A stretch of DNA of 42,578 nt from Chiloscyllium plagiosum (GCF_004010195.1 NC_057719.1:65867111-65909688), one strand, 5' to 3'; positions 11,891 through 24,513 are shown, counted from the first letter of the stretch. Program-made: numbers and translations. Notes: generated by a model from the letters alone, not told the origin.

Positions 11891-12660
11891 CGATTTCAGA
11901 CTTCAGTGTTTAAGGTTGATGGTAATTTGGCCAGGACATGTTGATACCTCCTTGCTGTTCCTCCCAGTTTACATGTTGTTCACCAACATCCTCCCAGCTC
12001 CCTATTTCATATTTGGATCAGTGCTGTTTGGACATTTCTGTTAATAGATTGGTGATATGTGGATCTGTGCGCTGTGAGGACCCCTTTCTTGTGATTGTTC
12101 TGCTTAGCGTTTGTCTGTGGCTTGATCACTCCTTCTGGGCTCCACCAGCCCCTTCCCCAACCACAAATCCTTATGGGGTTATTTGTGAGCCATGCTGAGT
12201 TTCATTGTTGCTCACGAATCTACCTCCACCTTTCTCAGTATTTCAGTGTACTTTGTTGATGATGTGCCCTTGGGTTTACAGATTGCCATTGTCTCCAGCC
12301 TGAATTTCAATGGCATTTTCAGCATTACTGAGGCATAAGATGAGGGCTGTGTTTTGTGTTACTGGTCAACAGATGCACAATTCCTCAGTATAAATTCATA
12401 ATCACAATCCATCTGTTTAAGTTGTCTGCTTGTCCGATTGCATTCCTCCGAATTCACAGATAATGAGGGCCAGAGTCAGGTTACACTCAAGCACAATACA
12501 GGACTAATGGAAAATCAGCTGACACCTGAGGAAGGCAGTTTTGATCCTTAAGAATACTTCAGCATTTATCAGCACAGACTAAAGTCAAGAATAATTTTTG
12601 GAGCAATTTTCTATTGACCCTGAACAGACTCTGTCTTACTCTGGACTGGAGTATCAGGTA

Positions 12661-13084
12661 GGCAAAAGTGAGGACTGCAGATGCTGGAAACCAGAGTCTA
12701 GATTAGAGTAGTGCTGGAAAAGCACAGCAGATCAGGCAGCATCCGAGGAGCAGGAAAATCGACGTTTCTGGCAAAAGCCCTTCATCAGGAATAGAGGCAG
12801 GAAGCCTCCAGTGTGGAGAGATAAATGGAACGGGGGGAGGTGGGGCTGGGGAGAAGGTAGGTGATAGGTNNNNNNNNNNNNNNNNNNNNNNNNNNNNNNN
12901 NNNNNNNNNNNNNNNNNNNNNNNNNNNNNNNNNNNNNNNNNNNNNNNCCCTTCCCCCCCACCCCATTTATTCATCCACCCTGGAGGCTTCCTGCCTCTAT
13001 TCCTGATGAAGGGCTTTTCGATTTTCCTGCTGCTGGGATGCTGCCTGACCTGCTGTGCTTTTCCAGCACCACTCTAAACTAAAA
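12661..13084 (-). mobile_element. PLE family A-related insertion with inverted arms around an N gap
   Basis: 16-bp TSD ACTGGAGTATCAGGTA (12645-12660, 13085-13100); hammerhead core on the minus strand at 12761-12788. Confidence 0.85.
12870..12947. other. Assembly gap
   Basis: N run. Confidence 1.
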
Positions 13085-13319
13085 ACTGGAGTATCAGGTA
13101 ACTTAGCCCCAACCCACCATGGAAGGCAGACACTGGCTTCTAGATGAACAGGCCCTAGCATGCCACTATCATAGCAATAATGTGGGTAAAACTAGAATAC
13201 AAAGTCAGGGAGACTGAGATAATAACCATATCCCCAAATATTATACAATCAAAGAGGTCTTTCTAAGAAGCTTCATATTAAAGTATTGACTTTTGTCTGA
13301 GGACGATGAAGATCTGTGG

Positions 13320-13540
13320 TGTAGTGATTGTAGCGAGGTCAGCCAGGTGGACCTGGTAGAATATGTTCTCTGATTGGGGCTGTTTGCCTTGTCCAGTCAA
13401 GGAGTCCTGGCTGACAGATACAAACAGGAGTGTCAGAGGTTCTATTGACTATGAGGGAGCTGGATCAGTGTCAAGGACTCCCCATGTGTAAATATAGGGT
13501 GACTTTGTGATGGGATACCGGCCTCTATGGAGTTATTTCA
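13320..13540 (+). mobile_element. Gypsy-type solo LTR
   Basis: TGTAGTGATTG...GAGTTATTTCA, with the same termini as the LTR at 41369; flanks TGTGG/CATGG are consistent with a CpG-decayed CGTGG TSD. Confidence 0.8.
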
Positions 13541-13939
13541 CATGGAAATATTTTCCTACTTAGTCAGCTCTGTCAGTGGCTGTGAAGGGCATAACCACAA
13601 TCAACGTTTATGGCTCTGGGGCACATTTCAGGTAACCATGGCGATCTGTGAAATTACACTCAGGGTGCCATCCAGGCTCACATTTGTCAGGTGACCAATA
13701 TACTTTTCTACAGAGCCAAAGGACTAATCTCATTTGGCATCACAGCAAGATAGCAACAAAACTAGATTATCCACTTCTATAACATTGCTGCTTGTCCCAA
13801 GGATATGATTGATGGCATTTGCATTAATCCCTCCTATGTTTAATAATTACTGTACACTTTACTTCTCACCGTATCTCTATAAGGATTCCTTCCGCTATTT
13901 AAATAACAGTTCAAGTACTCATATTCCTGACTCAAATGG

Positions 13940-14330
13940 ATCAAAAGGTCATGGGTTCTCATTCTATGCCAGATAGTTGACTGCACTGTTGCAAGTGTTG
14001 TCTTATGGAGGAGACATTAAATTGAGATCTCTTGCAGATAAACAGAAAATATCTCATGGCGTTAATTAAAAAACAGAGGAATTCTTCAGTGACATGGTCA
14101 ATGTTTATCCTTCAATCAATACCTTAATAAAAATTACTAGTTAGTTACTTATTTCACTGTTATTTCTGGGATCCAAATGTGCATGTTTTGATTGTTACAT
14201 TCTCTATTCCACAACAGTAACTGCACATCAGAATGGAGGATAATAAGGGGAGAGAGAAGTAACTGATGGGCTGTTGAGTTTTTGGTATGTCCAGTGATCA
14301 GAAATAAGACTTTATAAACATAAGCATTTT
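13940..14330 (+). mobile_element. Degenerate Deu-domain SINE (SacSINE1/AmnSINE1-like)
   Basis: Recalled Deu motifs gagacattaaattgag, ctcatggc, ggtcaatgtttatccttcaatcaa, acaacagtaactgcac. Confidence 0.6.
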
Positions 14331-15231
14331 TCTTTCTGTTTTGTTGGAAATTGCTGTTCATTCCAACTGTATCTGTGTTTCTGCATTAATTTTGCCTGTG
14401 TTCAGGTTTCTGCCAGATCTTAATGTATATGCTTGTTTTGTACAGGTCTTACTGTGCGGTTGGGCTCCTTATTATCTGTATCTTTGTACTGATTCACTTT
14501 CTGAATGTGATGGCTGTTAACTCTCGCTCCATCTGTGTCTCTGTACTAAGCCCTCTGTTATTTATTGACTCTAATTCTGTGTTGGTCTAGGTATGGTATT
14601 TGGTGGTTGCTTCTAAAGCTATGTTTATTGCGCATCTGTAATGATCTCTCTTATAGCTTGTCACTATCTCTAACTGCATCAAAACATTTGAAGTGCGTTT
14701 CCAGATTACTGCTGGCTCTATTTCTACCTTTATCTTTGTGCTGTTTTCTTATGTTCGAGGAGTCCCGTTGTCATCAGCACGGTCTTCTGTCTTTGTGGGC
14801 TTGCTGTCAGCTTTGCATTTCAATGCTTGTCTTTCCCTGTGTTCGAGGCTGCTGCTGCTGCTTTATTGTTATCTGCGATTCCCTGCTGTTACCCTTCACT
14901 GTTCTACCCCTCCATCTGTTTTTATATACAGTCTTGGCTTTGATTATGGATTGCTGCTAGCTGTATCACTATCTGTGGCTCTATTAATCAGTATTGTGTT
15001 TTACTAGCTTTCTGTCCCTCCCTTATCATGTACTGATGATGATCTCTTCTGTTGGCTAATCTCCCTCAGATTTAACAATTGCTGGGATGCTGTCTCTATA
15101 TTTCTGTGTGGTCTACAGTGTTTGGAGTTGCCAATGATCTCTGTGTAAACGTTTTTGCTGATCATTTGTTGCTCTTTCTATTACTCCCCCTGATCCTGTG
15201 CTAATTATTCAATATTTAAAGGGATGCTCAA

Positions 15232-15751
15232 AGTTAAAAATCACATAGCACCAGGTTATAATCCAACAGGTTTAATTGGAAGCACTAGCTTTCAGAGCGC
15301 TGTTCCTTCATCAGGTGGTTGTGGAGTACACAATTTTAGGACAGAATTTATAGCAAAAGTTTACAGTGTGATGCAACTGAAATTACACATTGAAAAATAC
15401 CTTGATTGTTTGTTAATTCTCTCATCTGTTAGAATGACCATGATAGTTTCACTTCTTTCATATATAAATCACAAAACTATTTTTAAAAGTTACATTCTCA
15501 GGCTAACTTTAACAATTGGTGTCAGTCCAGATAATGTGTTGAAGGTGTTAGCCCCCTGTGTTCCCTGTCTGTGCCATAATGTTTAGACTGATTCTAATCT
15601 AAGAAACGAGTTAACAGAGTCTTACATAGATTCATGCAGTCTTTGAGCAAAGTACAATGTAACTCTGCAAGTGCAAATTCACCCCACAAATGTGTGTGTG
15701 TGTGTGTGTCTGGAGTAGGGTTTGTGAGTGTCTGTGAAAGACAGTGTATAT
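15232..15751 (-). mobile_element. PLE family B 3' region running into a gap
   Basis: Matches 8618-8910; hammerhead motif at 15283-15317; ends in a GT tract. Confidence 0.82.
15283..15317 (-). ncRNA. Minimal hammerhead motif (PLE family B)
   Basis: Minus strand reads cac-CTGATGA-aggaacagcgctct-GAAA-GCTA-gtg; stem II has a mismatch in this copy. Confidence 0.6.
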
Positions 15752-16251
15752 NNNNNNNNNNNNNNNNNNNNNNNNNNNNNNNNNNNNNNNNNNNNNNNNN
15801 NNNNNNNNNNNNNNNNNNNNNNNNNNNNNNNNNNNNNNNNNNNNNNNNNNNNNNNNNNNNNNNNNNNNNNNNNNNNNNNNNNNNNNNNNNNNNNNNNNNN
15901 NNNNNNNNNNNNNNNNNNNNNNNNNNNNNNNNNNNNNNNNNNNNNNNNNNNNNNNNNNNNNNNNNNNNNNNNNNNNNNNNNNNNNNNNNNNNNNNNNNNN
16001 NNNNNNNNNNNNNNNNNNNNNNNNNNNNNNNNNNNNNNNNNNNNNNNNNNNNNNNNNNNNNNNNNNNNNNNNNNNNNNNNNNNNNNNNNNNNNNNNNNNN
16101 NNNNNNNNNNNNNNNNNNNNNNNNNNNNNNNNNNNNNNNNNNNNNNNNNNNNNNNNNNNNNNNNNNNNNNNNNNNNNNNNNNNNNNNNNNNNNNNNNNNN
16201 NNNNNNNNNNNNNNNNNNNNNNNNNNNNNNNNNNNNNNNNNNNNNNNNNNN
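15752..16251. other. Assembly gap
   Basis: 500-N run. Confidence 1.
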
Positions 16252-16795
16252 GAGTTAAGGGGATCTGCATCTTTCCATGTGTTGTGATTATTGCTGTCCT
16301 GAAATGTTTATAATTGTGCAATCCTATTGTTATTGAATTCCTTTTCAAATGATGATTATTTCTAACTGTGCTATGCATTATGATTATTTGTCTTATTTGA
16401 GTGGTCATCACTATTGACGATGAGTTTTCAATGTGCTAATTTTATCTCGTTAGCAATGATACTAATTCATATAAGACATTATGTTAGATAGAGTTGGTTG
16501 AAGAGGTAGGTTTTAAGGGGCATCTTGATGGAGAAAAGCGGTAGAGAGATGAAGGAAAAAGAGATAGGAATCAAGCAGCTTGAAAGCATGGTTGAAAAGG
16601 AAAGAATGATTAAAATTATGTTTGTGCAAGAGACCAAAATTTTGACTTAGAAATTAGACCAGAGGGATCGGAATGGCCTTGTACATGATAAACGATATTG
16701 AACAGCAAATAATTAGGAAGACAGTTGAAATGTTGGCCCTTATTGCAAGGGAAATGAAATATAAAAGTACAGCTGTCTTGCTACAACTATACAAT

Positions 16796-16958
16796 GTTAA
16801 AAATCATATAACTCCAGGTTATAGTCCAATAGTTTTACTTGGAGGTACAAGCTTTTGGAGCACTGCTCCTTTGTCAGGAAGCTAGCTAGGACTATAACCT
16901 GGTGTTGTGTGATTTTTAACTTTGTCCACCCCAAGTCCAACACTGGCACCTCCACATC
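16796..16958 (+). mobile_element. PLE family B mini-insertion with inverted 5' copy
   Basis: gttaaaaatcatataactccaggttatagtcc is inverted to ggactataacctggtgttgtgtgatttttaac; TSD ACAACTATA(C/T)AAT. Confidence 0.8.
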
Positions 16959-18090
16959 ACAACTATATAATATAAGTGAGACTTCACCTGGAAACTGTAA
17001 TAAAAGCAACATACTCTGGATGCTGGATAACTGAAATAATAACAGATGTGCTGGAAATATTAGTCAGGTAGCAGCTGCAAAGACAGTAGAGTTAAGGTTT
17101 TGAGTCAAATATGATTTCTTCAGAGAACTCAAGCAGAGTCACATTCGACTTGAAAAGATGGTGACATCTATGGAGAGAGCAACAAACCTGAATGTTTCCA
17201 GAACTTTTTATTTTTATTCCTAAAGTATTACATACAATTTTGATCTTTATTTAAGGCCCATGTAAAAGTCAGCCCAATGACATTTGGACCTAAAAAGCCT
17301 TGTAATTTCACATCTTCAACTCATTTTTTACATACAAACTGCATGTGGTTACTTTTGTATTTGGAAAATCAAGGTATTATAATCTACATGATAGCTCACA
17401 AGTGCTAATTACCTTCTGGGAGAATGTTTGGTGTGCAGTGTGTTGAACGTCAAATCATGATTTATAATTTAATCTCATTGTTACAATTTTATCTTTTTCT
17501 CTATGCACTTCATTTAGAGCTGTTTCCATTAAGAAGTCAGTGATTTTTGAAACTGGACATTTTGCATGAAATTGCTAGCCAAAGGGTGTACAGTGAACCC
17601 TTTTTATCATTGACTGAGCTCTGGAAATTGTAAATGTTGTCAACATTCATTCCTGATCTCTTTAGACAGGCAGAATACCATCCTGACAGTTACATAGTCC
17701 AAGCAAACCTATTCTGAATTTTTGAAAAAAAATTACAGAAGCACAAATAGCAGGTTATGAAAGGCACATTATTTATATTTCTAGGTTCTCCATATGTGGT
17801 GTAACAACTGTTTTGAAGTTTTACCTAATTATCCGACCAATCAAATTGTACATGTCTAGTGGTTTCAGAACTGTACAGATGCCAAATACCTTAGATTGTG
17901 AAGTTTAAAATGAACATCATGAAATTTTGTGAATCACAGCTATATTTCCGATCCTTCATTCTGCAAGGGCTACTATTTGAAGCTTGTGGATGGCTGTATG
18001 TTGGATATGTGTTAGATAAGAATTCACGGTCAGAGTTTACAAACGAATTCTTTCTAATTTATTCACAGTAGGCAATGAGAACAATAGTGT

Positions 18091-18215
18091 TGAGAGTGTG
18101 GTGTTGGAAAAGCACAGCAGGTCAGGTAGCATCCGAGAAGCAGGAGAATCAACGTTTCAGGCATAAGCCCTTCATCGTTCCTGATCTCCAGCACCTGCAG
18201 TCCTCACTTTCTCCT
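18091..18215. mobile_element. PLE family A mini-insertion, inverted pLTR joined to a forward tail
   Basis: 17-bp TSD with 2 mismatches (18074-18090, 18216-18232). Confidence 0.8.
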
Positions 18216-18261
18216 AATGATAACAATGGTGTCACTTTGTCTGTAAGGGACTGAAATATTT

Positions 18262-19325
18262 GAGGAGAAAGTGAGGTCTGCAGATGCTGAAGATCAGAGC
18301 TGAAAATGTGTTGCTGGAAAAGCGCAGCAGGTCAGGCAGCATCCAGGGAACAGGAGAATCGACGTTTCGGGCATAAGCCCTTCTTCAGGAATGAGGAAAG
18401 TTTGTCCAGCAGGCTAAGATAAAAGGTAGGGAGGAGAGACTTGGGGGAGGGGTGTCGGAAATGCGATAGGTGGAANNNNNNNNNNNNNNNNNNNNNNNNN
18501 NNNNNNNNNNNNNNNNNNNNNNNNNNNNNNNNNNNNNNNNNNNNNNNNNNNNNNNNNNNNNNNNNNNNNNNNNNNNNNNNNNNNNNNNNNNNNNNNNNNN
18601 NNNNNNNNNNNNNNNNNNNNNNNNNNNNNNNNNNNNNNNNNNNNNNNNNNNNNNNNNNNNNNNNNNNNNNNNNNNNNNNNNNNNNNNNNNNNNNNNNNNN
18701 NNNNNNNNNNNNNNNNNNNNNNNNNNNNNNNNNNNNNNNNNNNNNNNNNNNNNNNNNNNNNNNNNNNNNNNNNNNNNNNNNNNNNNNNNNNNNNNNNNNN
18801 NNNNNNNNNNNNNNNNNNNNNNNNNNNNNNNNNNNNNNNNNNNNNNNNNNNNNNNNNNNNNNNNNNNNNNNNNNNNNNNNNNNNNNNNNNNNNNNNNNNN
18901 NNNNNNNNNNNNNNNNNNNNNNNNNNNNNNNNNNNNNNNNNNNNNNNNNNNNNNNNNNNTGTATATGGAGGTTGGTGGGGTGGTAGGTGGGGACCAGTGG
19001 GGTTCTGTCCTGGTGGCGGTTGGAGGGGCGGGGTTCAAGGGCGGAGGAGCGGGAAGTGGAAGAGATGCGGTGGAGGGCATCGTCGACCACGTTGGGGGGG
19101 AAATTGCGGTCCTTGAAGAAGGAGGCCATCTGGGTTGTACGTTTTTGGAACTGGTCCTCCTGGGAGCAGATGCGGCGGAGACGAAGGAATTGGGAGAATG
19201 GGATTCGCCTGAGATAGAAATAGAAAGGTCGAGGAAGGGGAGGGAGGAATCTGAGACTGTCCAGGTGAATTTGAGGTCGGGGTGGAAGGTGTTGGTGAAG
19301 TGGATGAACTATTCAACCTCCTCGT
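18262..19325 (-). mobile_element. PLE family A copy spanning a gap
   Basis: MASFFKDRNFPPNVVDDALHRI...RTPLVPTYHP; pLTR with hammerhead core at 18361-18388. Confidence 0.88.
18476..18959. other. Assembly gap
   Basis: N run. Confidence 1.
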
Positions 19326-19503
19326 GAAATAGCCCATGTGGTTCCATTGTAGTATTGAGCATAGATTACGAAGTTGCACAAGATTACACTTACTTCATAA
19401 GCATACTTTTGCTTTGTCAAAGTTGTTGTAACATAAGTCTTTGGTGAGTCTGTTAACACTGTAAGGATTATATATCACAAAATTTATTTCTTTTATTTGA
19501 AAG

Positions 19504-19669
19504 GATGAAGGTGCTGTGGGCATAAAAGAAGATTATGATCAACCGAATGAATTTTCTAGAAGACAAATAGTTTCAAATTGGGACAGGTACAAAACTGAAG
19601 AAAAGGAACTCGATGATAGTAGTGAATCTTTGCGAGGTACAGATTTCAATGTGCTGCTGAGTTCTGCAG
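19504..19669 (+). CDS. AVEN: Internal coding exon (exon 2 equivalent) of cell death regulator Aven
   Basis: Translates DEGAVGIKEDYDQPNEFSRRQIVSNWDRYKTEEKELDDSSESLRGTDFNVLLSSA(G), matching the recalled AVEN motifs SKRKIVSNWDRY and RGTDFSVLLSSAG. T-rich tract plus AG at 19502-19503; GT donor at 19670 (GCAG/gtagg); 166 nt, phase 0 to phase 1. Confidence 0.93.
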
Positions 19670-19975
19670 GTAGGACATCATTGTTCTTCAAGTTTGCAAA
19701 ATGATGCATAAAAAGTTTTAAACTTTAAATAGAATATTTTTTTGAGATTAATTTGAAATGTAGTCTGAAATCTGTCTTTTTAGTGCACAATATTAGAAGT
19801 GAAAGATTCATTAGTTGAATCAGTGCTTACTCAAATCTAAGGAATGTTAACATATCTGTTACATAAACACATTTAACCATTCTTTACTATATCTGGTTTG
19901 ACTGCGTCAAGTACACTTCCCTGCACGTTACTCCGGAATGATCATGCTAATAATCCTTGGCTTCTTTATTGCACT

Positions 19976-20471
19976 GGGCTGGGGTTGGTGAAAATGGCAG
20001 AGGATAACACGCTGTATCCTGGAGATTTCTGGGGTGGACAGTGAGGACCGGGGGGGTTCTATCCTTATTGCGGTTAGAGCGGATGGAGTTCGAGGGTGGA
20101 GGTGCCGGAAGTGAAGAAGATGCGATGGAGGGCATTGTTGATTAAAGAACACCTCATCTTCCACCTCAGGACCTTACAACCACACGGCATCAACATTGAC
20201 TTCACCAGTTTCTAAATCTCCCCTCCCCCCACCAGATCCCAGATCCAACCCTCCAAGTTGGCACCGCCCTCTTGACCTGACCTACCTGTCCATCTTCCTT
20301 CCCAACTTTCCGCTCCACCCTCCCCACTGACCTATCACAATCACCTCTTACCTGCATTCACCTATTGCCACCCACCTACTGAAGGCCTTATGCCCGAAAT
20401 GTCGACCCCCCTGCTCCTCAGATGGTGGCTGACCTGCTGTGCTTTTTCCAGCGCCAGACTTTTTGACTTTT
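19976..20471. mobile_element. Older PLE copy with 5' inversion
   Basis: Minus-strand ORF piece (to ~20146) joined to a plus-strand 3' end; TSD TTTATTGCACT at 19965-19975 and 20472-20482. Confidence 0.78.
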
Positions 20472-22559
20472 TTTATTGCACTACCAATCATCTGATTAAA
20501 AAGAACTTTCTTTTGTTTACTGCACTCTCACCTACACATTGAGGGAGGAGCTCATGGGCTCTTTGTTACTAAGATTGAAACCATCCATTCAGCTGCCTGT
20601 GTTACAGTCCCTGCTTTCCCATGTGGTGAATCTGGTTTATCTTCAAGAATTGATTGTACTATTTGAAGAAGAGGCAAGCATTCATTCAGTGTCTTGGCCA
20701 ACATTCTGACTGTAACTAATACTGGCCAAAGAAAATAGCTGAAGTTATTTGTTTCATTTTATAGTTTAATAAATCTTCTCAACCTTGGGCATTTGTAACT
20801 CTGTGTCTTTTCATACATTTTCTTTATTCCACTGTAGACTGAGCAGTTTCCAGGTTATTCAAGCCAGAAAATCTTCCTCTGCCATAGGCATATTGATTGA
20901 TTGTTTCCATTCTATATCCCACCCTTTTATTCAAAATCCTTGTGTATTTATGTCAAAAAAAAATGTCAAGATCTTATTCTCTCTTTTCAGATGCTAATAG
21001 AAGTGCTGCAGCATTTTCTATTTTCATTTCACATTTCAAGCATTTGGAATTTTTTCATTCATGATTACTATAATTAAGTATTCAGATGTAGATGTAACAC
21101 TATATGCATAGATTGACAAGAAGGAGACTATTAGATTGTCAGCTAATGTAATTAAGTTAAAGTTAACGACAAATGATGTATGTCACTTCATGAGAAAGAA
21201 ATTCCATTTACATTCAGTCAAGTAATTTACTCAACGAATGGGTGCCCTTTAGTTGGGGGAAAGGTCTTGGGGTAGGTGTCAGCCAGTTATTAAATGTTCA
21301 GCAGCAATGCAAGATAGCTACAGGAAAAGTAAATAAGACTTCTGGAAATCTTGCGAAGAGCATAAAGTTCAAAACTATGAGCACAATATTTAAGCAAATA
21401 AGGATCAGATGCTTTGGCATTAGGAGTATTGTGTTTGGTTTTGATCCACAGTGTTCTCTTAGATGCCATGACATTTTCTAGCTTGTCTTATGCAAGTTGG
21501 GCAAGGATTTTCTGAAATAGTTTCACTTGTCTGTGTCAAGGTTTAAGACTACCAGCTGTTAGGAATGCTGAAACATGATTTTGCACTCTGCTGAGCAGGT
21601 CATGTCATACTATATTATGGAGTTTCAGTTAAATACTTATAAAATTAGACAAAGGCTATTAAAATGGCCACTTCCTGTGGCACTTTGAGTTTCAAACATT
21701 CCTAATTCTCAAGCGAATGCTCAGCAATGTATGCACATCCATCACCATCTGAGGAATAGATATATCCTTCTGTTTGAGAATGACTCAGCTCAAAATGACT
21801 AGAGTTCCAGCTGGCTTGTTGCTCTGTTTTCACCTTAGTCAAAAGTAAATACCAGAATGCAATCTGTGTAAGGTGAATGCGAAGGGATCCTGTCAGCCTT
21901 CTACTGTATTGTGATGGTGCATCACCCCCCGTGGCTCAATGTGTCAAACAACACATGATGATTGGAATAAACATATGTGCCAGTTTTTCATTTGGATTAA
22001 GGTCCTTGAATTTGGCACACAATGAAGGAATCACCTTGTCATCTGCTTTTGAGTCAGCTAGTTGCTAGTTTGCAAACAGAGGTCCACTGAGAGCCAACAA
22101 AATAGCTGCAAGTCATCCAAAAAAAACACCAAATCTTGAAACTGGGGAACAAGGAGAAAGATTCTGTCCAATTGTTCCAATTTTGAGTTCATCTGAGAAC
22201 CAATCTATCAGAAATTCGACTAAAAGAAACCTCCAAACCTACTAAGAATCCTCTTTACCAGATATTCACTTCAACAGTAAAGCATTAACTCCATCTAAGA
22301 AACTACAGGCCTCTGATAACTAAAAGCTGTAACCATGTTTTACCAACATCTTTAATCTTTGTGGGTGTGAAGACAGTTGAGTGAAACATTGGGTTAAATC
22401 TGGGGTAAATGTTTGATAATAAATAAACTCTCAAAAAGCTTTTTGCTGGACTTATTGAATTGGTACTCACTCTGAAGGGCAAAGATATATCTTGTATATC
22501 TGAGCAGTAAAAGGGAACAGATACATTCTGACTGTGACAGAAGCCTGTTGCTGTTTTGT

Positions 22560-22980
22560 TCATGTTTCACTTTTGCATCTAAATTCTTTATGGCCAAACA
22601 ATGTATGAGGTCATATTTCAGTCTTCTAATAAGCACTTTGCAGCAGGACTTCCATCTGATTTCCTCTGGCCCTTAGTATCGATTTCGGGTAATAAGACCA
22701 ATTGATGAGCTCCATTTGCTGCTCCAGCTACGAGCAGCTAACTCTGTAAAATGGAGACTGTAAATATATGAGTTTGATAAAATGTTTAGGCAACCTCATT
22801 TAATTAAAGATATCTTTTATAGAAGAAATGTATCAGCTCTTCCCATGATTGTAGGCTAACCTGGACAACAATAACATGTATAGTTAAGCATGGATCTCCA
22901 GAAGTTCTACTGATGTTTCCATTTCCTACTATACTACATCACCACCTTGCTGATAGCCTTAGATGATTTCAATGCCAAGT
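22560..22980 (+). mobile_element. Decayed LINE ORF1 end and APE endonuclease start
   Basis: SDFLWP motif, then LIALDDFNAK (GDFNA-like); an SRD.VV motif resumes near 23535, after the CR1. Confidence 0.4.
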
Positions 22981-23490
22981 CAGAGATGTACAGCATGGAA
23001 ACAGACCCGTCCATGCCGACCAAATATCCCAACCCAATCTAGTCCCACCTGCCAGCAACCAGCCCATTTCCCTCCAAACCCTTCCTATTCATATACCAAT
23101 CCAAATGCCTTTTAAATGTTGCAATTGTACCAGCCTCCACCACTTCCTCTGCCAGCTCTTTCCATACACTTATCACCCTCTGCATGAAAAAGTTGCCCCT
23201 TAAGTCTCTTTTATATCTTTCCCCTCTCACCCTAAACCTATGCCCTCTAGTTCTGGACTCCCCGACCCCAGGGAAAAGACTTTGCTTATTTACTGTATCA
23301 ATGCCCCTCATAATTTTATAAACCTCTATAAGGTCATCCCTCAGCCTCCAACACTCCAGGGAAAACAGCCCCAGCCTGTTCATCCTTTCCCTATAGCTCA
23401 ACTCCTCCAACCCTAGCAACATCCTTGTAAATCTTTTCTGAACCCTTTCAAGTTTCACAACATCTTTCCGATAGGAAGGAGACCAGAATT
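22981..23490 (-). mobile_element. CR1 3' fragment
   Basis: ORF 23039-23458 KLERVQKRFTRM...RLRDDLIEVYKIM...FKRHLD. Confidence 0.93.
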
Positions 23491-23761
23491 ACAATGATGG
23501 AGATTACATGAGTTTTCCTACAATTCTCAACTGTTCCAGAGATTAAGTGGTGCCCTCTGCAGGTTATTTGTCAGCTAAATCACAAGATTAATCCATCACC
23601 ACTATCTTGTGATATATCAACGAGTATCTGGTTGTCAAGAAAATAAACTTGCGATTGAACAAAATGAGGAAGGGAAAACAAAAGGGAAGAATCAAATGGA
23701 ATGAAAAGGTGAAGTAAAGAGATAAAAGAATAAAGTTTGAATTAATTAGTCCTAAAAATCA

Positions 23762-24513
23762 AAATAAGTCAACAGATATATAAGAATAACTTAGCGTATT
23801 TACATGTCTGTAATATTCAGGTGGTGTTACAATTTAAATGGAATAAAAGCAGAACTTTGCCTAACACGTTTAAATGATTGAAGCACTGTGTATAGTTAGC
23901 TACAAACATCTCTCATGTAATGGTAAGGTTAAAGCAATGTTTTCCTGGGATGTAAGGACATTGCTGAAAAGACCAGTATTCGTTGTCCATCCCTAATTGC
24001 CATTGAGCCACCTAATTGATCCATTACAGTCCTTGTTGTAAAGTTTCATGCAGAGAGGTGCTGGAGAGAGAGAGAGAGAGTCCAAATTTTAACTCTGACA
24101 ATGAAGGAAGGCAGTTAGGTTCAAATGCTAAGATAGTGGTGACTTTGAAGGGAATGCTATACTTGTTGTCTTTGTTCTTCTGGGTGGTAGAAGTTGCAAG
24201 TTGAAGGTATTGTCAAGGAAATACCTTGACGAGTTGCATCTTGTATATACTATAGTATGTGCTGCTGCTACTATGTGCTTCTGCTGGAGGAAATGAATGT
24301 TTAAGATGGTGAATGGTGTATCAGACAAGTAGACTATGTTGACTTGGTTAGTGTTGAGCTTCTCAAAGGTTTCTGGTTCTTCACATCCTAAGTCAGTGAA
24401 AAATATTCTCTCGTATTCCTAAGGATTTTATTCCATTTAAATTTTAACACCACCTGAATATTACAGACATGTAAATATGCTAATATTATTCTTTTATATC
24501 TGTTTAATTATTT
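23762..24513. repeat. Inverted repeat, arms 23762-23848 and 24426-24513
   Basis: Arms align by eye with few mismatches, including TATTTACATGTCTGTAATATTCAGGTGGTGTTA. Confidence 0.9.
23945..24420 (-). mobile_element. Old CR1/L2-like LINE 3' fragment
   Basis: gtccatccctaattgcc motif; similar to 6882-7420. Confidence 0.6.

Noticed and set aside
11940..12340. Possible RTE-like fragment on the minus strand
   Set aside because: Similarity too weak to call by eye.
14565..15007. Hydrophobic, Cys/Leu-rich ORFs resembling membrane proteins
   Set aside because: Explained by T-rich composition; no recognisable family or splice support.
15632..16411. Long ORFs in the track here and at 18332-19327
   Set aside because: Artifacts of N runs.
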